Shown here one piece after another: positions 10,783 through 21,924 of a stretch of DNA of 64,000 bases; within the stretch, counting starts at the first letter, position 1; the number at the start of each line of letters is the position of its first letter. A program made the translations under genes and the position numbers. Source of the DNA: Obrimoposthia wandeli (taxonomy: Eukaryota); NCBI GenBank assembly GCA_977020255.1, contig CDROCS010000253.1, positions 3,038,001 to 3,102,000 on the forward strand, written 5' to 3'. The notes under the pieces were generated by a model. It saw nothing but the letters and a program-made list of their open reading frames with translations, was not told the origin of the DNA and did no database searches.

Positions 10783-12489
10783 ATGAACATTTTCTCACCT
10801 AACTTATTTCGTCAACAGTTTCCACTGATAGAAAGTCATGATAACCCCTTGATTGAAAGTGATGCTTCAGAGCCGCCTTTAATTTACTTTGATAATGCGG
10901 CGACTACGCAAAAGCCACGACAAGTGATCGATTGTCAGCAACATTATTACCGTAATTTTAATGCGAATGTACACAGAGCTTCACATCAGCTAAGCAGTAA
11001 AGCAACGTTTGCTTTTGAAAAAGCGCGTAGCTTGGTACAAAAATTCATCGGGGCTAAAAGTGTTAAAGAAATCATCTGGACGAAAGGCGCGACTGAAAGT
11101 ATAAATATTGTTGTACAAAGTTTAGCGAGAAACACCTTATTACCGGGAGAAGAAATAGTGCTTTGCGTTAGTGAACATCACGCAAACATTGTCCCTTGGC
11201 AAATGGTTGCCGAGCAAACGGGTGCTGTAATCAAGGTATTACCTATAAACAGTCATGGTTATATTGATGTCGATGAAATGGATAATATTATTGGAGATAA
11301 AACAAAATTTGTCGCTTGCGCCCATATTTCGAATGTTTTAGGAAGAAGAAATCCTATTGAGCAAGTGATAGCCAAAGCAAAATCTGTTGGTGCTATTAGT
11401 TTGATAGATGGTGCTCAAGCTGTGGCTCATTTAGCTGTAAACGTAGCATTACTTGATTGTGATTTCTATGTTTTTTCAGCGCATAAAATGTATGGTCCTA
11501 CAGGCATTGGGGTACTTTACGGAAAAAAGAAGCACCTTGAAACTATGCTGCCTTATCAAGGAGGTGGAGAAATGATTAAAACAGTGAGCTTTACTCAGAG
11601 AACAACATTTAATTCATTGCCCTTTAAGTTTGAAGCAGGAACGCCCAATATTGCCGGTGTTATTGCTTTTGCTGAGAGTATTAATTTTTTAGCTCCTTTT
11701 TTAACTGATGAGAGTAGTAGCTACAGCCTCTTTGAACAAAAACTTGTTAGTCATTGTTATCAGGCATTGGCTGAAATAGAACAAGTTAACTTTATAGTTG
11801 AAGGGATCCCTGATATTGGCGTTATCGCTTTTACCTTAACAGGGCACCATAATCATGATATTGCCATGTCTCTTGATACTTATGGAGTCGCTATTCGCTC
11901 AGGTCATCATTGTGCAATGCCGTTAATGACTTATTTGAAAGTTGATGGTTGCTTAAGAGTATCACTGGCAGCATATAACACCATTGCAGAAATAGATTAT
12001 TTTATTCATTGTTTAAAAAATATTCTTCTTGAGGGTTCTCTAGAGGAATTAAACGAGCAAGTGAATGAAAATGTATTATTAGACGCATCTGTGAAAGAAA
12101 TGACTGATATTATGACCATTTTTTCAATAACTAAAGGTTGGGATAGCAGACATAGAGAAATTATGCTGCTAGGTAAGAAACTACCACGCTTAGATAAAGC
12201 ATTACGTGATGATAATACGCTCATATCCGGTTGTGAAAGTCTTGCCTGGCTTAAAGCTGAGCACAGTGCGCAAGGTTTTTATTCATTTACTGCGGATAGT
12301 GACGCTAAAATAATTCGAGGGTTATTAGTAATTGTACTGGCGGCTTTCAATAATAAAACAGCACGACAAATACATGAATTTAATATTAATGATTACTTTG
12401 AAAAATTAGGATTAATGCAACATTTAAGCCCTTCACGTGGTAATGGGTTATTGGCTATCGTTGAAAAAATTAAAATAATGGCGCAATGA
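10783..12489 (+). CDS. csdA: Cysteine desulfurase CsdA/SufS fused to a C-terminal CsdE/SufE sulfur-acceptor domain
   Basis: YFDNAATTQKP, FSAHKMYGPTG (PLP Lys), RSGHHCAMP (catalytic Cys), then ISGCES, ADSDAKIIRGL, HLSPSRGNGL (SufE family) in one frame. Confidence 0.9.
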   Translation: MNIFSPNLFRQQFPLIESHDNPLIESDASEPPLIYFDNAATTQKPRQVIDCQQHYYRNFNANVHRASHQLSSKATFAFEKARSLVQKFIGAKSVKEIIWTKGATESINIVVQSLARNTLLPGEEIVLCVSEHHANIVPWQMVAEQTGAVIKVLPINSHGYIDVDEMDNIIGDKTKFVACAHISNVLGRRNPIEQVIAKAKSVGAISLIDGAQAVAHLAVNVALLDCDFYVFSAHKMYGPTGIGVLYGKKKHLETMLPYQGGGEMIKTVSFTQRTTFNSLPFKFEAGTPNIAGVIAFAESINFLAPFLTDESSSYSLFEQKLVSHCYQALAEIEQVNFIVEGIPDIGVIAFTLTGHHNHDIAMSLDTYGVAIRSGHHCAMPLMTYLKVDGCLRVSLAAYNTIAEIDYFIHCLKNILLEGSLEELNEQVNENVLLDASVKEMTDIMTIFSITKGWDSRHREIMLLGKKLPRLDKALRDDNTLISGCESLAWLKAEHSAQGFYSFTADSDAKIIRGLLVIVLAAFNNKTARQIHEFNINDYFEKLGLMQHLSPSRGNGLLAIVEKIKIMAQ

Positions 12490-12580
12490 TAGGTAGTTAA
12501 CTTGGATTCTCTTGATAAAAAGTGAATCCATCGAATTTTAATACACCACCATAGACCAAGGAGTTAGGCTATTGTAAGCC

Positions 12581-13399
12581 TTATTTTTGATGTTTTTTTA
12601 ATAGTTTATCAATAGCTCTGCCAACAGCAAAAAATGCAAATGTTGCTGTAACATGCGTTGTTGCACCAAAACCACTTTGGCAATCTAAACGCGTAGCACC
12701 TTGCTCGCCATTACTCTTATCAGGTTTAGCTAAACAAACTTCACCTTGTTTACCATCAGCGGGGTAGCGTAATTGTTCTGTTGAATATACGGCATCAATG
12801 GAGAACTTCCGTTTTCCTGCTGTTTTAAGATCAGCACGGGGGAAGTTAAATTCGCGACGTAACTGATTTTTCACTTTAGCAAGTAACGGGTCTTGATAAG
12901 TCTTGCTCAAGTCAGTAATTTCAATTTTACTTGGATCCACCTGACCGCCAGCACCACCAATAGTGATAATGGGCAATTTACTTCCCCTACAAAAAGCAAT
13001 GAGGCGTGTTTTGATGTCGACAGAGTCTATGGCATCAATGACATAATCAAACTCTTTAGTAATTAAACTAGAGAGGTTTTCTACCGTTACAAAATCTTCA
13101 ATGATATTAACTTGGCACTCAGGATTGATTTGTTTGATGCGCTCAGCCATAACATCAACTTTACTCTGGCCAACCGTATCGGTTAACGCATGTATTTGAC
13201 GGTTAATGTTCGTGGTACAAATATCATCTAAATCAATTAAGGTTATTTTACCTATGCCATTGCGGGCTAAGGCTTCAGCTACCCAAGAGCCAACACCACC
13301 AATGCCAATAACACAAAAATTTGCTTGTTTTAAAATATTCGCGCCATGTTCGCCATATAAACGGCTAATGCCACCAAAACGTAAAGAATAGTCAGACAT
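12581..13399 (-). CDS. tcdA: tRNA threonylcarbamoyladenosine dehydratase (E1-like)
   Basis: RFGGISRLYG, VIGIGGVGSW, TNINRQIHAL, GGAGGQVDP; convergent with csdA-csdE as in enterics. Confidence 0.93.
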   Translation of the reverse strand: MSDYSLRFGGISRLYGEHGANILKQANFCVIGIGGVGSWVAEALARNGIGKITLIDLDDICTTNINRQIHALTDTVGQSKVDVMAERIKQINPECQVNIIEDFVTVENLSSLITKEFDYVIDAIDSVDIKTRLIAFCRGSKLPIITIGGAGGQVDPSKIEITDLSKTYQDPLLAKVKNQLRREFNFPRADLKTAGKRKFSIDAVYSTEQLRYPADGKQGEVCLAKPDKSNGEQGATRLDCQSGFGATTHVTATFAFFAVGRAIDKLLKKHQK

Positions 13400-13611
13400 A
13401 ATGAATTTTAAGAGTCTTGTTGAGTAATTGAGAAGGGAAAGCCGTTATTATAACGTCTAGTTCCTATGAGTTAAATACAATTCTGGATCAAAGGTTGAAC
13501 GATAATCTATCGTGATCATGGTATTTAAAAGCTCATAAAGTATTTTTCATGTGAATAACAACTATAGGGAAGGGTTATGCGTTTTAGCTGTTTTTTCGGA
13601 TAATAAAGCAC

Positions 13612-13638
13612 AAAAAAGGCAGCGAAAGCTGCCTTTTG
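13612..13638. terminator. Terminator hairpin downstream of gltA
   Basis: AAAAAAGGCAGC-GAAA-GCTGCCTTTT. Confidence 0.85.
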
Positions 13639-13673
13639 TTTAATTCATTGATGCTTAAATAAGCATTAAATCA

Positions 13674-14960
13674 TTATCTTTTATTTAATGGTACGAATTC
13701 ACGGTTGATTTCACCGGTGTATTTCTGGCGAGGACGACCGATTTTTTGACCCGGCTGAGACAACATTTCATCCCAGTGAGCAATCCAACCTACCGTTCTA
13801 GACATAGCAAAAATCACGGTAAACATGCTTGAAGGAATACCAATTGCTTTTAAGATGATACCTGAGTAAAAATCAACATTCGGGTAAAGTTTTTTCTCAA
13901 TAAAGTATGGGTCTTCAAGAGCAACTTTTTCTAATGCCATAGCAACATCAAGTAAAGGATCGCTGATACCAAGCTCATTCAATACTTCATGACAAGTTTC
14001 ACGCATTACTGTTGCACGAGGATCGAAGTTTTTATAAACACGATGACCAAAGCCCATTAAACGGAATGGGTCATTTTTATCCTTCGCTTTAGCTACATAT
14101 TCAGCAACGTTTTCTAAGCTACCAATTTGTTCAAGCATAGTTAGACATGCTTCATTAGCGCCGCCATGTGCAGGACCCCATAAAGAGGCAACACCCGCTG
14201 CTATACAAGCATATGGGTTAGCACCAGAAGAACCAGCTAAACGAACAGTCGAAGTTGAAGCATTTTGTTCGTGATCAGCATGCAAAGTAAATATTCTGTC
14301 CATAGCGTTAGCTACAGTAGGGCTTACTATATATTCTTCAGCAGGTACTGAGAACATCATGTGAAGGAAGTTTTCAGCGTAAGAAAGCTCATTGCGTGGG
14401 TATACAAAGGGTTGACCAACACTATATTTATAAGCCATTGCTGCGATGGTTGGCATTTTAGCAATCAATCTATGTGCACTACGTTTACGCTGTGCAGCGT
14501 CAGTGATATCTAAATCACTGTGATAGAAAGATGACATAGCACCAACAACACCACAAAGCATAGCCATTGGATGTGCATCAGGTAAGAAACCATGGAAAAA
14601 ATGAACTAGTTTCTCATGTACCATGGTATGTGTAGTAATGACTGATTTAAATTCTTCATACTCTGATTGCGTTGGCGCATCGCCATTCAATAAGATATAA
14701 CAAACTTCAAGGTAGTCAGCTTGTTTAGCAAGGCTATCAATAGGGTAGCCGCGGTGTTGTAAAATACCTTTGCCGCCATCAATGTAGGTAATAGATGATT
14801 CACAAGAACCCGTGGCTAAAAAGCCTGGGTCATAGGTGAAATAGCCATGGCTACCTAAAGTTCTAATATCAATTACGTCAGTACCAGCAGTACCTTTTAA
14901 AACTGGAAATTGTCCAATTTCTTTGCCATCAATACTCAGAGTGGCTTTTGATTCAGCCAT
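13674..14960 (-). CDS. gltA: Citrate synthase (type II)
   Basis: [36 protein letters not shown]. Confidence 0.99.
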   Translation of the reverse strand: MAESKATLSIDGKEIGQFPVLKGTAGTDVIDIRTLGSHGYFTYDPGFLATGSCESSITYIDGGKGILQHRGYPIDSLAKQADYLEVCYILLNGDAPTQSEYEEFKSVITTHTMVHEKLVHFFHGFLPDAHPMAMLCGVVGAMSSFYHSDLDITDAAQRKRSAHRLIAKMPTIAAMAYKYSVGQPFVYPRNELSYAENFLHMMFSVPAEEYIVSPTVANAMDRIFTLHADHEQNASTSTVRLAGSSGANPYACIAAGVASLWGPAHGGANEACLTMLEQIGSLENVAEYVAKAKDKNDPFRLMGFGHRVYKNFDPRATVMRETCHEVLNELGISDPLLDVAMALEKVALEDPYFIEKKLYPNVDFYSGIILKAIGIPSSMFTVIFAMSRTVGWIAHWDEMLSQPGQKIGRPRQKYTGEINREFVPLNKR

Positions 14961-15524
14961 AATGTTTTATCCCCTATCAATTATAATTTATATACATTTA
15001 CTGACATTCTACTAACTTACTTAATGTACATCTTAAATAAGCTCAGTGAATTCATTGTCAGTTATTGTGACTTTTCTTGGGTTTTTTAAACTGCCGACAT
15101 TCTACCCTGAAATGAATTTAAAATGTAAGAGTAATTATACTAAAGTTTAATGCAGTGCAAAATACTGTTCAAAAAACGCCCCATATGTAACTTAGCATGC
15201 CGTCAAAATTGTAATTCATTGTTATCGACTATATAATCGCTGCGTTCTGTAGCTTTTTATCTCTGTTATACGTTTTTTTTACTTTGGTAAAATTGAATGT
15301 TATTACAAAATCTAACTAGAATCACTTAATGAAGTTGGTTAGACTTATGACCGAATTGGTACATAAGATTATAAAATTGTAAAAGTTACCGTTCACTTTC
15401 GGGAATTACTTTTGTTTATATTGATTTTTAAGTTTCAATTAAGTTTTTAAGTCAGCTAAGTAAAGGCAGTTCATGAGTAACAATAATAAAAGTTGAAGGC
15501 TTTCGAGCTCTTTAGGCAACAATT

Positions 15525-15899
15525 GTGAAAAAACAACGTCCTGTAAACCTAGATTTAACTACAATAAAAATGCATCCCGCTGCTAATGCTTCTATTTTAC
15601 ACCGTATATCTGGTGTGATTATGGTTTTTGCTATTGGTATTTTATTGTTTACCCTTTCAACCTCTCTTTCTTCTGCTGAAGGATTTGCTCAAATTCAAGG
15701 TTACCTTGATGGCATATTCTTTAAATTCATTATTTTTGGCTGTCTTTCAGCATTGACTTACCATTTGTTAGCAGGTGTTCGTCACTTGTTAATGGACTTA
15801 GGTCATTTTGAAGAACTTGCTTCAGGTAATGCCACTGCCAAATTAATCATGGTTATTTGGTTAGCAGTATCAGCAGTTATAGGAGTTTGGTTATGGTAA
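15525..15899 (+). CDS. sdhC: Succinate dehydrogenase cytochrome b556 subunit
   Basis: QRPVNLDL, SILHRISG, YHLLAGVRHLLMD. Confidence 0.97.
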   Translation: MKKQRPVNLDLTTIKMHPAANASILHRISGVIMVFAIGILLFTLSTSLSSAEGFAQIQGYLDGIFFKFIIFGCLSALTYHLLAGVRHLLMDLGHFEELASGNATAKLIMVIWLAVSAVIGVWLW

Positions 15900-16240
15900 A
15901 CGTCGTCGCATCAGCAGGCCAAAATGGCGTGCATGATTATATTCTTTTAAGAGCTAGTGCAATTATTCTTGCACTATACACTTTATTCCTCGCAGGTTTC
16001 TTCGTAGTAACACCTAGTGTTACTTATGATGTATGGCAAAGTTTTTTTGCTTGTATGAGTGTTAAAGTAGCAACAGTAATGGCGTTATTAGCTTTACTTG
16101 TTCACGCCAAAATTGGTGTATGGCAAGTACTTTCTGATTACGTAAAACCTGCGTTTTTACGTGGAGCATTGCAATTTTTCTTTTCTGTTACTTTATTAGC
16201 CTACTTTATGTTTGGCTCTTTAACTGTGTGGGGTGTATAA
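15893..16240 (+). CDS. sdhD: Succinate dehydrogenase membrane anchor subunit
   Basis: ATG at 15893 with AGGAG upstream (ORF-track start 15857 looks too early); GVHDYILLRASA, HAKIGVWQVLSDYVK. Confidence 0.95.
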   Translation: MVNVVASAGQNGVHDYILLRASAIILALYTLFLAGFFVVTPSVTYDVWQSFFACMSVKVATVMALLALLVHAKIGVWQVLSDYVKPAFLRGALQFFFSVTLLAYFMFGSLTVWGV

Positions 16241-18007
16241 GTGAGCGTTCCAATTCGTGAATTTGACGCAATTGTTATTGGCGCAGGCGGCGCAGGTATG
16301 CGCGCTGCATTAGCAATTTCAGAATCAGGCAAATCTTGTGCCTTGATCTCTAAAGTATTTCCAACTCGTTCTCATACTGTATCTGCTCAAGGTGGTATTA
16401 CCGTAGCTTTAGGTAATGCTCATGAAGATCATTGGGAACAACACATGTACGATACCGTTAAAGGCAGCGATTATATCGGTGACCAAGACGCAATCGAATA
16501 CATGTGTAAAACAGGCCCAGAGTCTATTATAGAATTAGAGAAAATGGGCTTACCATTTTCTCGTACGGAAGAAGGTAAAATTTACCAACGTCCATTTGGT
16601 GGCCAGTCTAAAAACTTTGGTGGTGAACAAGCCGCTCGTACTGCTGCCGCAGCTGACCGTACAGGTCATGCACTACTTCATTGTTTGTATCAACAAAACG
16701 TTAAAAACAAAACCAATGTTTACTCTGAGTGGTATGCATTAGATTTGGTTAAAAACAGTGATGGTGCCGTTGTTGGTACCACTGCCATTTGTATTGAAAC
16801 GGGCGAAATTGTTTACTTTAAAGCACGTGCTACGGTACTTGCTACTGGTGGCGCTGGTCGAATCTTTGCTTCTACAACCAATGCTCACATCAACACTGGT
16901 GATGGTGTTGGTATGTCTCTTCGTGCTGGCATTCAAATGCAAGACATGGAAATGTGGCAATTCCACCCAACTGGTATAGCGGGTGCTGGTGTACTTGTTA
17001 CTGAAGGTTGTCGTGGAGAAGGTGGTTACCTTCTAAATAAAGACGGCGAACGCTTCATGGAACGTTATGCACCAAATGCTAAAGATTTAGCAGGTCGTGA
17101 TGTTGTTGCTCGTTCAATGATGACAGAGATCCGTGAAGGTCGTGGTTGTGACGGTCCTTGGGGTCCACATATTAAGTTGAAACTTGATCATTTAGGCCGT
17201 GAAACGTTATATAAACGTTTACCAGGTGTTTGTGATTTATCTAAAACTTTTGCACACGTTGATCCAGCTGAAGAGCCTATTCCAGTTATACCTACATGTC
17301 ATTACCAAATGGGTGGTGTACCTTGTAACGTTAATGGTCAAGCGCTTAACATTGGCACTGATGGTAAAGAAACTATTGTTGAAGGTTTATTTGCTGTTGG
17401 TGAAATCGCTTGTGTATCTGTTCATGGTGCAAACCGCTTAGGTGGTAACTCATTACTTGATTTAGTGGTATTTGGTCGTGCAGCAGGTAACTTCTTAGGT
17501 ACTTACTTAAACGAAACACAAAATGCTAGCGAAGCGTCTGAATCTGATCTAGAAGCAGCATTAGCGCGTACTAATCGTTGGGAATCATCTACTAAAGGTG
17601 AAGACCCTGTGCAAATCCGTAAAGATTTACAGATGTGTATGCAAATGAACTTCTCAGTATTCCGTGAAGGCGAAGCCATGGCGCAAGGCATGAAAGAGCT
17701 AACTGAAATACGTGAACGTTTAAAAAATGCTCGTTTAGATGACAAGTCATCAGAATTCAACACCCAACGTATTGAGTGTTTAGAATTAGATAACTTAATG
17801 GAAACCGCTTTTTGTTCTGCAAAAGCAGCAAACTTCCGTACAGAATCTCGTGGTGCTCATGCGCGTCAAGATTTCACTGAACGTGATGATGTAAATTGGT
17901 TATGTCACTCAGTCTACACACCAGAGACTGAAGAAATGACTAAACGTGATGTTAATATGAAACCCATTCACCGCGAAGCTTTCCCTCCGAAAGCACGTGT
18001 ATATTAA
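16241..18007 (+). CDS. sdhA: Succinate dehydrogenase flavoprotein
   Basis: [16 protein letters not shown] (FAD His), [11 protein letters not shown]. Confidence 0.99.
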   Translation: MSVPIREFDAIVIGAGGAGMRAALAISESGKSCALISKVFPTRSHTVSAQGGITVALGNAHEDHWEQHMYDTVKGSDYIGDQDAIEYMCKTGPESIIELEKMGLPFSRTEEGKIYQRPFGGQSKNFGGEQAARTAAAADRTGHALLHCLYQQNVKNKTNVYSEWYALDLVKNSDGAVVGTTAICIETGEIVYFKARATVLATGGAGRIFASTTNAHINTGDGVGMSLRAGIQMQDMEMWQFHPTGIAGAGVLVTEGCRGEGGYLLNKDGERFMERYAPNAKDLAGRDVVARSMMTEIREGRGCDGPWGPHIKLKLDHLGRETLYKRLPGVCDLSKTFAHVDPAEEPIPVIPTCHYQMGGVPCNVNGQALNIGTDGKETIVEGLFAVGEIACVSVHGANRLGGNSLLDLVVFGRAAGNFLGTYLNETQNASEASESDLEAALARTNRWESSTKGEDPVQIRKDLQMCMQMNFSVFREGEAMAQGMKELTEIRERLKNARLDDKSSEFNTQRIECLELDNLMETAFCSAKAANFRTESRGAHARQDFTERDDVNWLCHSVYTPETEEMTKRDVNMKPIHREAFPPKARVY

Positions 18008-18018
18008 GGAGCATTGTA

Positions 18019-18726
18019 ATGAAACAGTTATTTTCGATTTACCGTTATAACCCTGACGTTGATAATGCGCCATACATGAAAGACTATGAGTTAGACGTTC
18101 CTGAAGGTTCTGACTTAATGGTACTTGATGCACTGATTCTTTTAAAAGAAAAAGATTCAAGCTTATCTTTCCGTCGTTCATGTCGTGAAGGTGTTTGTGG
18201 CTCTGATGGTTTGAACATGAATGGTAAAAATGGCTTAGCTTGTATTACGCCTTTATCTGAATTGAAAGCCAATAAAATTATTTTACGTCCATTACCAGGT
18301 TTACCAGTAGTACGTGATTTAATTATTGATATGACTCAATTTTATCAGCAATATGAAAAAATTAAGCCATATCTGATTAATGATGCACAACCGGCAGCGC
18401 GTGAAAACATACAATCCATTGAAGAACGTGATAAATTAGACGGTCTTTATGAGTGTATTTTATGTGCATGTTGTTCAACATCATGTCCATCTTTTTGGTG
18501 GAACCCTGATAAATTTATTGGGCCAGCAGGATTATTACACGCTTATCGTTTCTTAATTGATAGCCGTGATACTGCAACCGAAGAGCGCTTAGATGGTTTA
18601 CAAGATGCATACAGCGTATTTCGCTGTCACGGTATCATGAACTGTGTTGATGTTTGTCCAAAAGGATTAAACCCAACGAAAGCAATTGGTCACATTAAAT
18701 CAATGTTATTAAACCGAGCGGTTTAA
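18019..18726 (+). CDS. sdhB: Succinate dehydrogenase iron-sulfur subunit
   Basis: CREGVCGSDG, CILCACCSTSCP, CHGIMNCVDVCP. Confidence 0.99.
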   Translation: MKQLFSIYRYNPDVDNAPYMKDYELDVPEGSDLMVLDALILLKEKDSSLSFRRSCREGVCGSDGLNMNGKNGLACITPLSELKANKIILRPLPGLPVVRDLIIDMTQFYQQYEKIKPYLINDAQPAARENIQSIEERDKLDGLYECILCACCSTSCPSFWWNPDKFIGPAGLLHAYRFLIDSRDTATEERLDGLQDAYSVFRCHGIMNCVDVCPKGLNPTKAIGHIKSMLLNRAV

Positions 18727-19058
18727 TAACTACCAAGCCTAGTTAAGCTTACTTTATGTACTGCTTTGGTCTAGGTTTACTTAATTGATTTTTGTGACAG
18801 AATAAGCAGAGTATTATCTTTAATAATAACTTTAACAAACGCTTTAATAGGTTGTTATAATTGACTTATCAAGTTAATACTCTGTATTTTCAACTTAATT
18901 TTAAACACTGTAATAATTTTTATAAGTAATTTGTTTACTTTACTGCAAAAGTTTTGATTTTATTCTATAAATAAATACTTCAGCAATAAGCTTAACAAAA
19001 CGCAAAAAAAAATTATTACGTATTTTTTTTTGCTACACACAAGCAAAGGAACACGGCA

Positions 19059-21863
19059 ATGCCAGAAGGTGTAATGAAGGCTTGGCTAGAGTCTTCCCAC
19101 TTAAACGGTGGCAACATCGTTTATATTGAAGAATTGTACGAATCATACTTAGATAACTCCGCCTCTGTATCTGCAGAATGGCAAGGTATCTTTAGTCAAC
19201 TCCCGAAAGTCGAAGGTAGTGAGGTTGAATACCGCCACTCTGCCATCCGTGACGAATTTAAAGCGCTAGCAAAGCAAGCCAATAAACAAGTCATTGTTTC
19301 TAGTGGTAGTGACGCTAAGCAAGTCAAAGTTTTACAACTTATTAACGCGTTTAGATTCCGCGGTCATCAAAATGCCAATTTAGATCCATTGGGTTTATGG
19401 CAGCGTGACAAAGTACGTGACTTGCAACTTTCTCATCACGATTTATCTGAAAACGACTTCGATAAAGAATATAACGTTGGCTCTTTTGCCATCGGCCAAG
19501 ACACCATGAAATTAGGTGACTTATATAAAGCATTAAGAAACACTTATTGTGGCTCTATTGGTGCTGAATATATGCATATGACGGCAACGGATGAAAAACG
19601 TTGGTTACAACAACGTCTTGAGTCTGTTCAATCTAAAGCGGCACTTTCTGTTGATCAGAAAACTGAACTGCTTCAGGGCTTAATCGCTGCTGATGGTTTA
19701 GAGAAATACCTTGGTGCTAAATTTCCAGGTGCAAAACGTTTCTCTCTAGAAGGCGGTGATGCACTTGTTCCTATGCTCAAAGAATTAATCACTCGTGCCG
19801 GTACTGCTGGTACAAAAGAAGTGGTTATGGGTATGGCTCATCGTGGTCGTCTGAACGTACTCGTCAATGTGATGGGTAAAAACCCGTCAAAACTATTTGA
19901 TGAGTTCGCTGGTAAACATGACGAAATACTTAGCTCAGGTGATGTTAAATACCACCAAGGTTATTCTTCAGATTTCGTTACACCAGGTGGTACCGTTCAT
20001 CTAGCGCTGGCATTTAACCCGTCACATCTAGAAATTGTTAACCCGGTTGTTATTGGTTCAGTTCGTGCTCGCTTAGATAGACGCGACTGTGATCAAGGTG
20101 ATTTAGTACTACCTATTACCATCCATGGTGATTCTGCGATTGCGGGTCAAGGTGTGGTACAAGAAACCTTCAATATGTCACAAGCGCGCGCCTTTAAAGT
20201 AGGTGGCACGGTACGTATTGTAGTGAACAACCAAGTCGGCTTTACTACCTCAGTTGCCGAAGATACTCGCTCAGGTGAGTACTGTACTGAAATTGCTAAA
20301 ATGGTTCAGGCGCCAATTATTCATGTAAATGGTGATGACCCTGAAGCGGTAATATTGGCTACGCAAATTGCACTTGATTACCGAAATGAATTTAAACGTG
20401 ATGTTGTTATCGATTTAGTTTGTTACCGACGTCATGGACATAACGAAGCTGATGAGCCAAGTGCCACGCAGCCACTTATGTACAAAATTGTTAAAAAACA
20501 TCCGACACCACGTCAATTATATGCTGATAAGTTAGCTGCAGAAGGTAGTTTAACTTCCACTAAAATTGATGAATTAACAGCCTACTACCGTAAGTTACTT
20601 GATGAAGGTCAGTGTACGGTTGATCAATGGCGCCCAATGACTGAACATTCAGTTGATTGGACTCCATACTTAGGCCATGAATGGGATGACGATTACGACA
20701 AAGAGATTTCGCTTGAGAAGCTAAAAGAATTAGCACTTAAGTTATCAACTTACCCAGAAAGTCATCCAGTGCATTCACGTGTTAAAAAGATTTACGATGA
20801 TCGCATGAAAATGGCAACAGGTGAAAAATTACTTGATTGGGGTATGGCTGAAAACTTAGCTTATGCATCCATTGTTGATCGTGGTGATCGTGTACGTATT
20901 ACAGGTCAAGACTCTGGTCGTGGTACTTTCTTCCATCGTCATGCTGTATTGCATAATCAAGAAGACGGTAGCACCTATTTACCACTGCAAAATATCAGAG
21001 AAGGCCAAGGCCCATTTGATGTACATGATTCAGTGTTATCTGAAGTTTCAGTATTAGCCTTTGAATATGGCTATACCACGGCTGAGCCTGCAGGTTTAAC
21101 CATTTGGGAAGCACAATTTGGTGATTTTGCTAACTGTGCACAAGTGGTATTTGACCAATTCATTAGTTCAGGTGAGCAAAAGTGGGGCCGTTTATGTGGC
21201 TTAACTATGTTGTTACCACATGGCTATGAAGGTCAAGGGCCTGAGCATTCATCAGCTCGTTTAGAGCGCTTCTTACAACTTTGTGCTGATCACAATATGC
21301 AAGTATGTGTGCCATCAACACCAGCGCAAGTATTTAACATGCTGCGTCGTCAAGTTGTTCGTCCTATGCGTCGTCCTCTTGTGGTTATGTCACCTAAATC
21401 ATTGTTACGCCATCCATTAGCGGTTTCTTCATTAGAAGAAATGTCGACGGGTGTGTTCCACAGTGTTATTGGTGAAATTGATGAGCTTGATGCAAAAGCG
21501 GTTGAACGTGTTGTTTTCTGTAGTGGTAAAGTTTATTACGAACTACTTGATCAACGTCGTAAGAATGAGCTAAATAATATTGCGATTGTTCGTATTGAAC
21601 AACTTTATCCATTCCCTGAACAAGAGCTACAAGCTGTATTAAAAGATTATCAGCATGTGAAGCAATTTGTTTGGTGTCAGGAAGAGCCGCAAAACCAAGG
21701 TGCTTGGTATTGTTCGCAGCATAACTTTAGAGCAGCGATCCCTGAAAGTACTCATTTGTCTTATGCCGGCCGTAAGGCTTCAGCAGCACCAGCTGTTGGC
21801 TATATGTCACTGCATGTTAAAGAACAGCAAGCGCTTGTTACTCAAGCATTAACATTAGATTAA
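19059..21863 (+). CDS. sucA: 2-oxoglutarate dehydrogenase E1
   Basis: KRFSLEGGD, GDVKYHQG, HGDSAIAGQG, WEAQFGDFAN. Confidence 0.99.
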   Translation: MPEGVMKAWLESSHLNGGNIVYIEELYESYLDNSASVSAEWQGIFSQLPKVEGSEVEYRHSAIRDEFKALAKQANKQVIVSSGSDAKQVKVLQLINAFRFRGHQNANLDPLGLWQRDKVRDLQLSHHDLSENDFDKEYNVGSFAIGQDTMKLGDLYKALRNTYCGSIGAEYMHMTATDEKRWLQQRLESVQSKAALSVDQKTELLQGLIAADGLEKYLGAKFPGAKRFSLEGGDALVPMLKELITRAGTAGTKEVVMGMAHRGRLNVLVNVMGKNPSKLFDEFAGKHDEILSSGDVKYHQGYSSDFVTPGGTVHLALAFNPSHLEIVNPVVIGSVRARLDRRDCDQGDLVLPITIHGDSAIAGQGVVQETFNMSQARAFKVGGTVRIVVNNQVGFTTSVAEDTRSGEYCTEIAKMVQAPIIHVNGDDPEAVILATQIALDYRNEFKRDVVIDLVCYRRHGHNEADEPSATQPLMYKIVKKHPTPRQLYADKLAAEGSLTSTKIDELTAYYRKLLDEGQCTVDQWRPMTEHSVDWTPYLGHEWDDDYDKEISLEKLKELALKLSTYPESHPVHSRVKKIYDDRMKMATGEKLLDWGMAENLAYASIVDRGDRVRITGQDSGRGTFFHRHAVLHNQEDGSTYLPLQNIREGQGPFDVHDSVLSEVSVLAFEYGYTTAEPAGLTIWEAQFGDFANCAQVVFDQFISSGEQKWGRLCGLTMLLPHGYEGQGPEHSSARLERFLQLCADHNMQVCVPSTPAQVFNMLRRQVVRPMRRPLVVMSPKSLLRHPLAVSSLEEMSTGVFHSVIGEIDELDAKAVERVVFCSGKVYYELLDQRRKNELNNIAIVRIEQLYPFPEQELQAVLKDYQHVKQFVWCQEEPQNQGAWYCSQHNFRAAIPESTHLSYAGRKASAAPAVGYMSLHVKEQQALVTQALTLD

Positions 21864-21924
21864 CTCTTTGGTGCGCTTACTTACATAAAAATTGAGCGCA
21901 AAGAAAGTTTGAAAGGATTAAAAA

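Noticed and set aside
18808-18884. Inverted repeat CAGAGTATTA/TAATACTCTG in the sdhB-sucA gap as an sRNA
   Set aside because: Short, AT-rich, with no terminator or conservation evidence; may be chance or a processing stem
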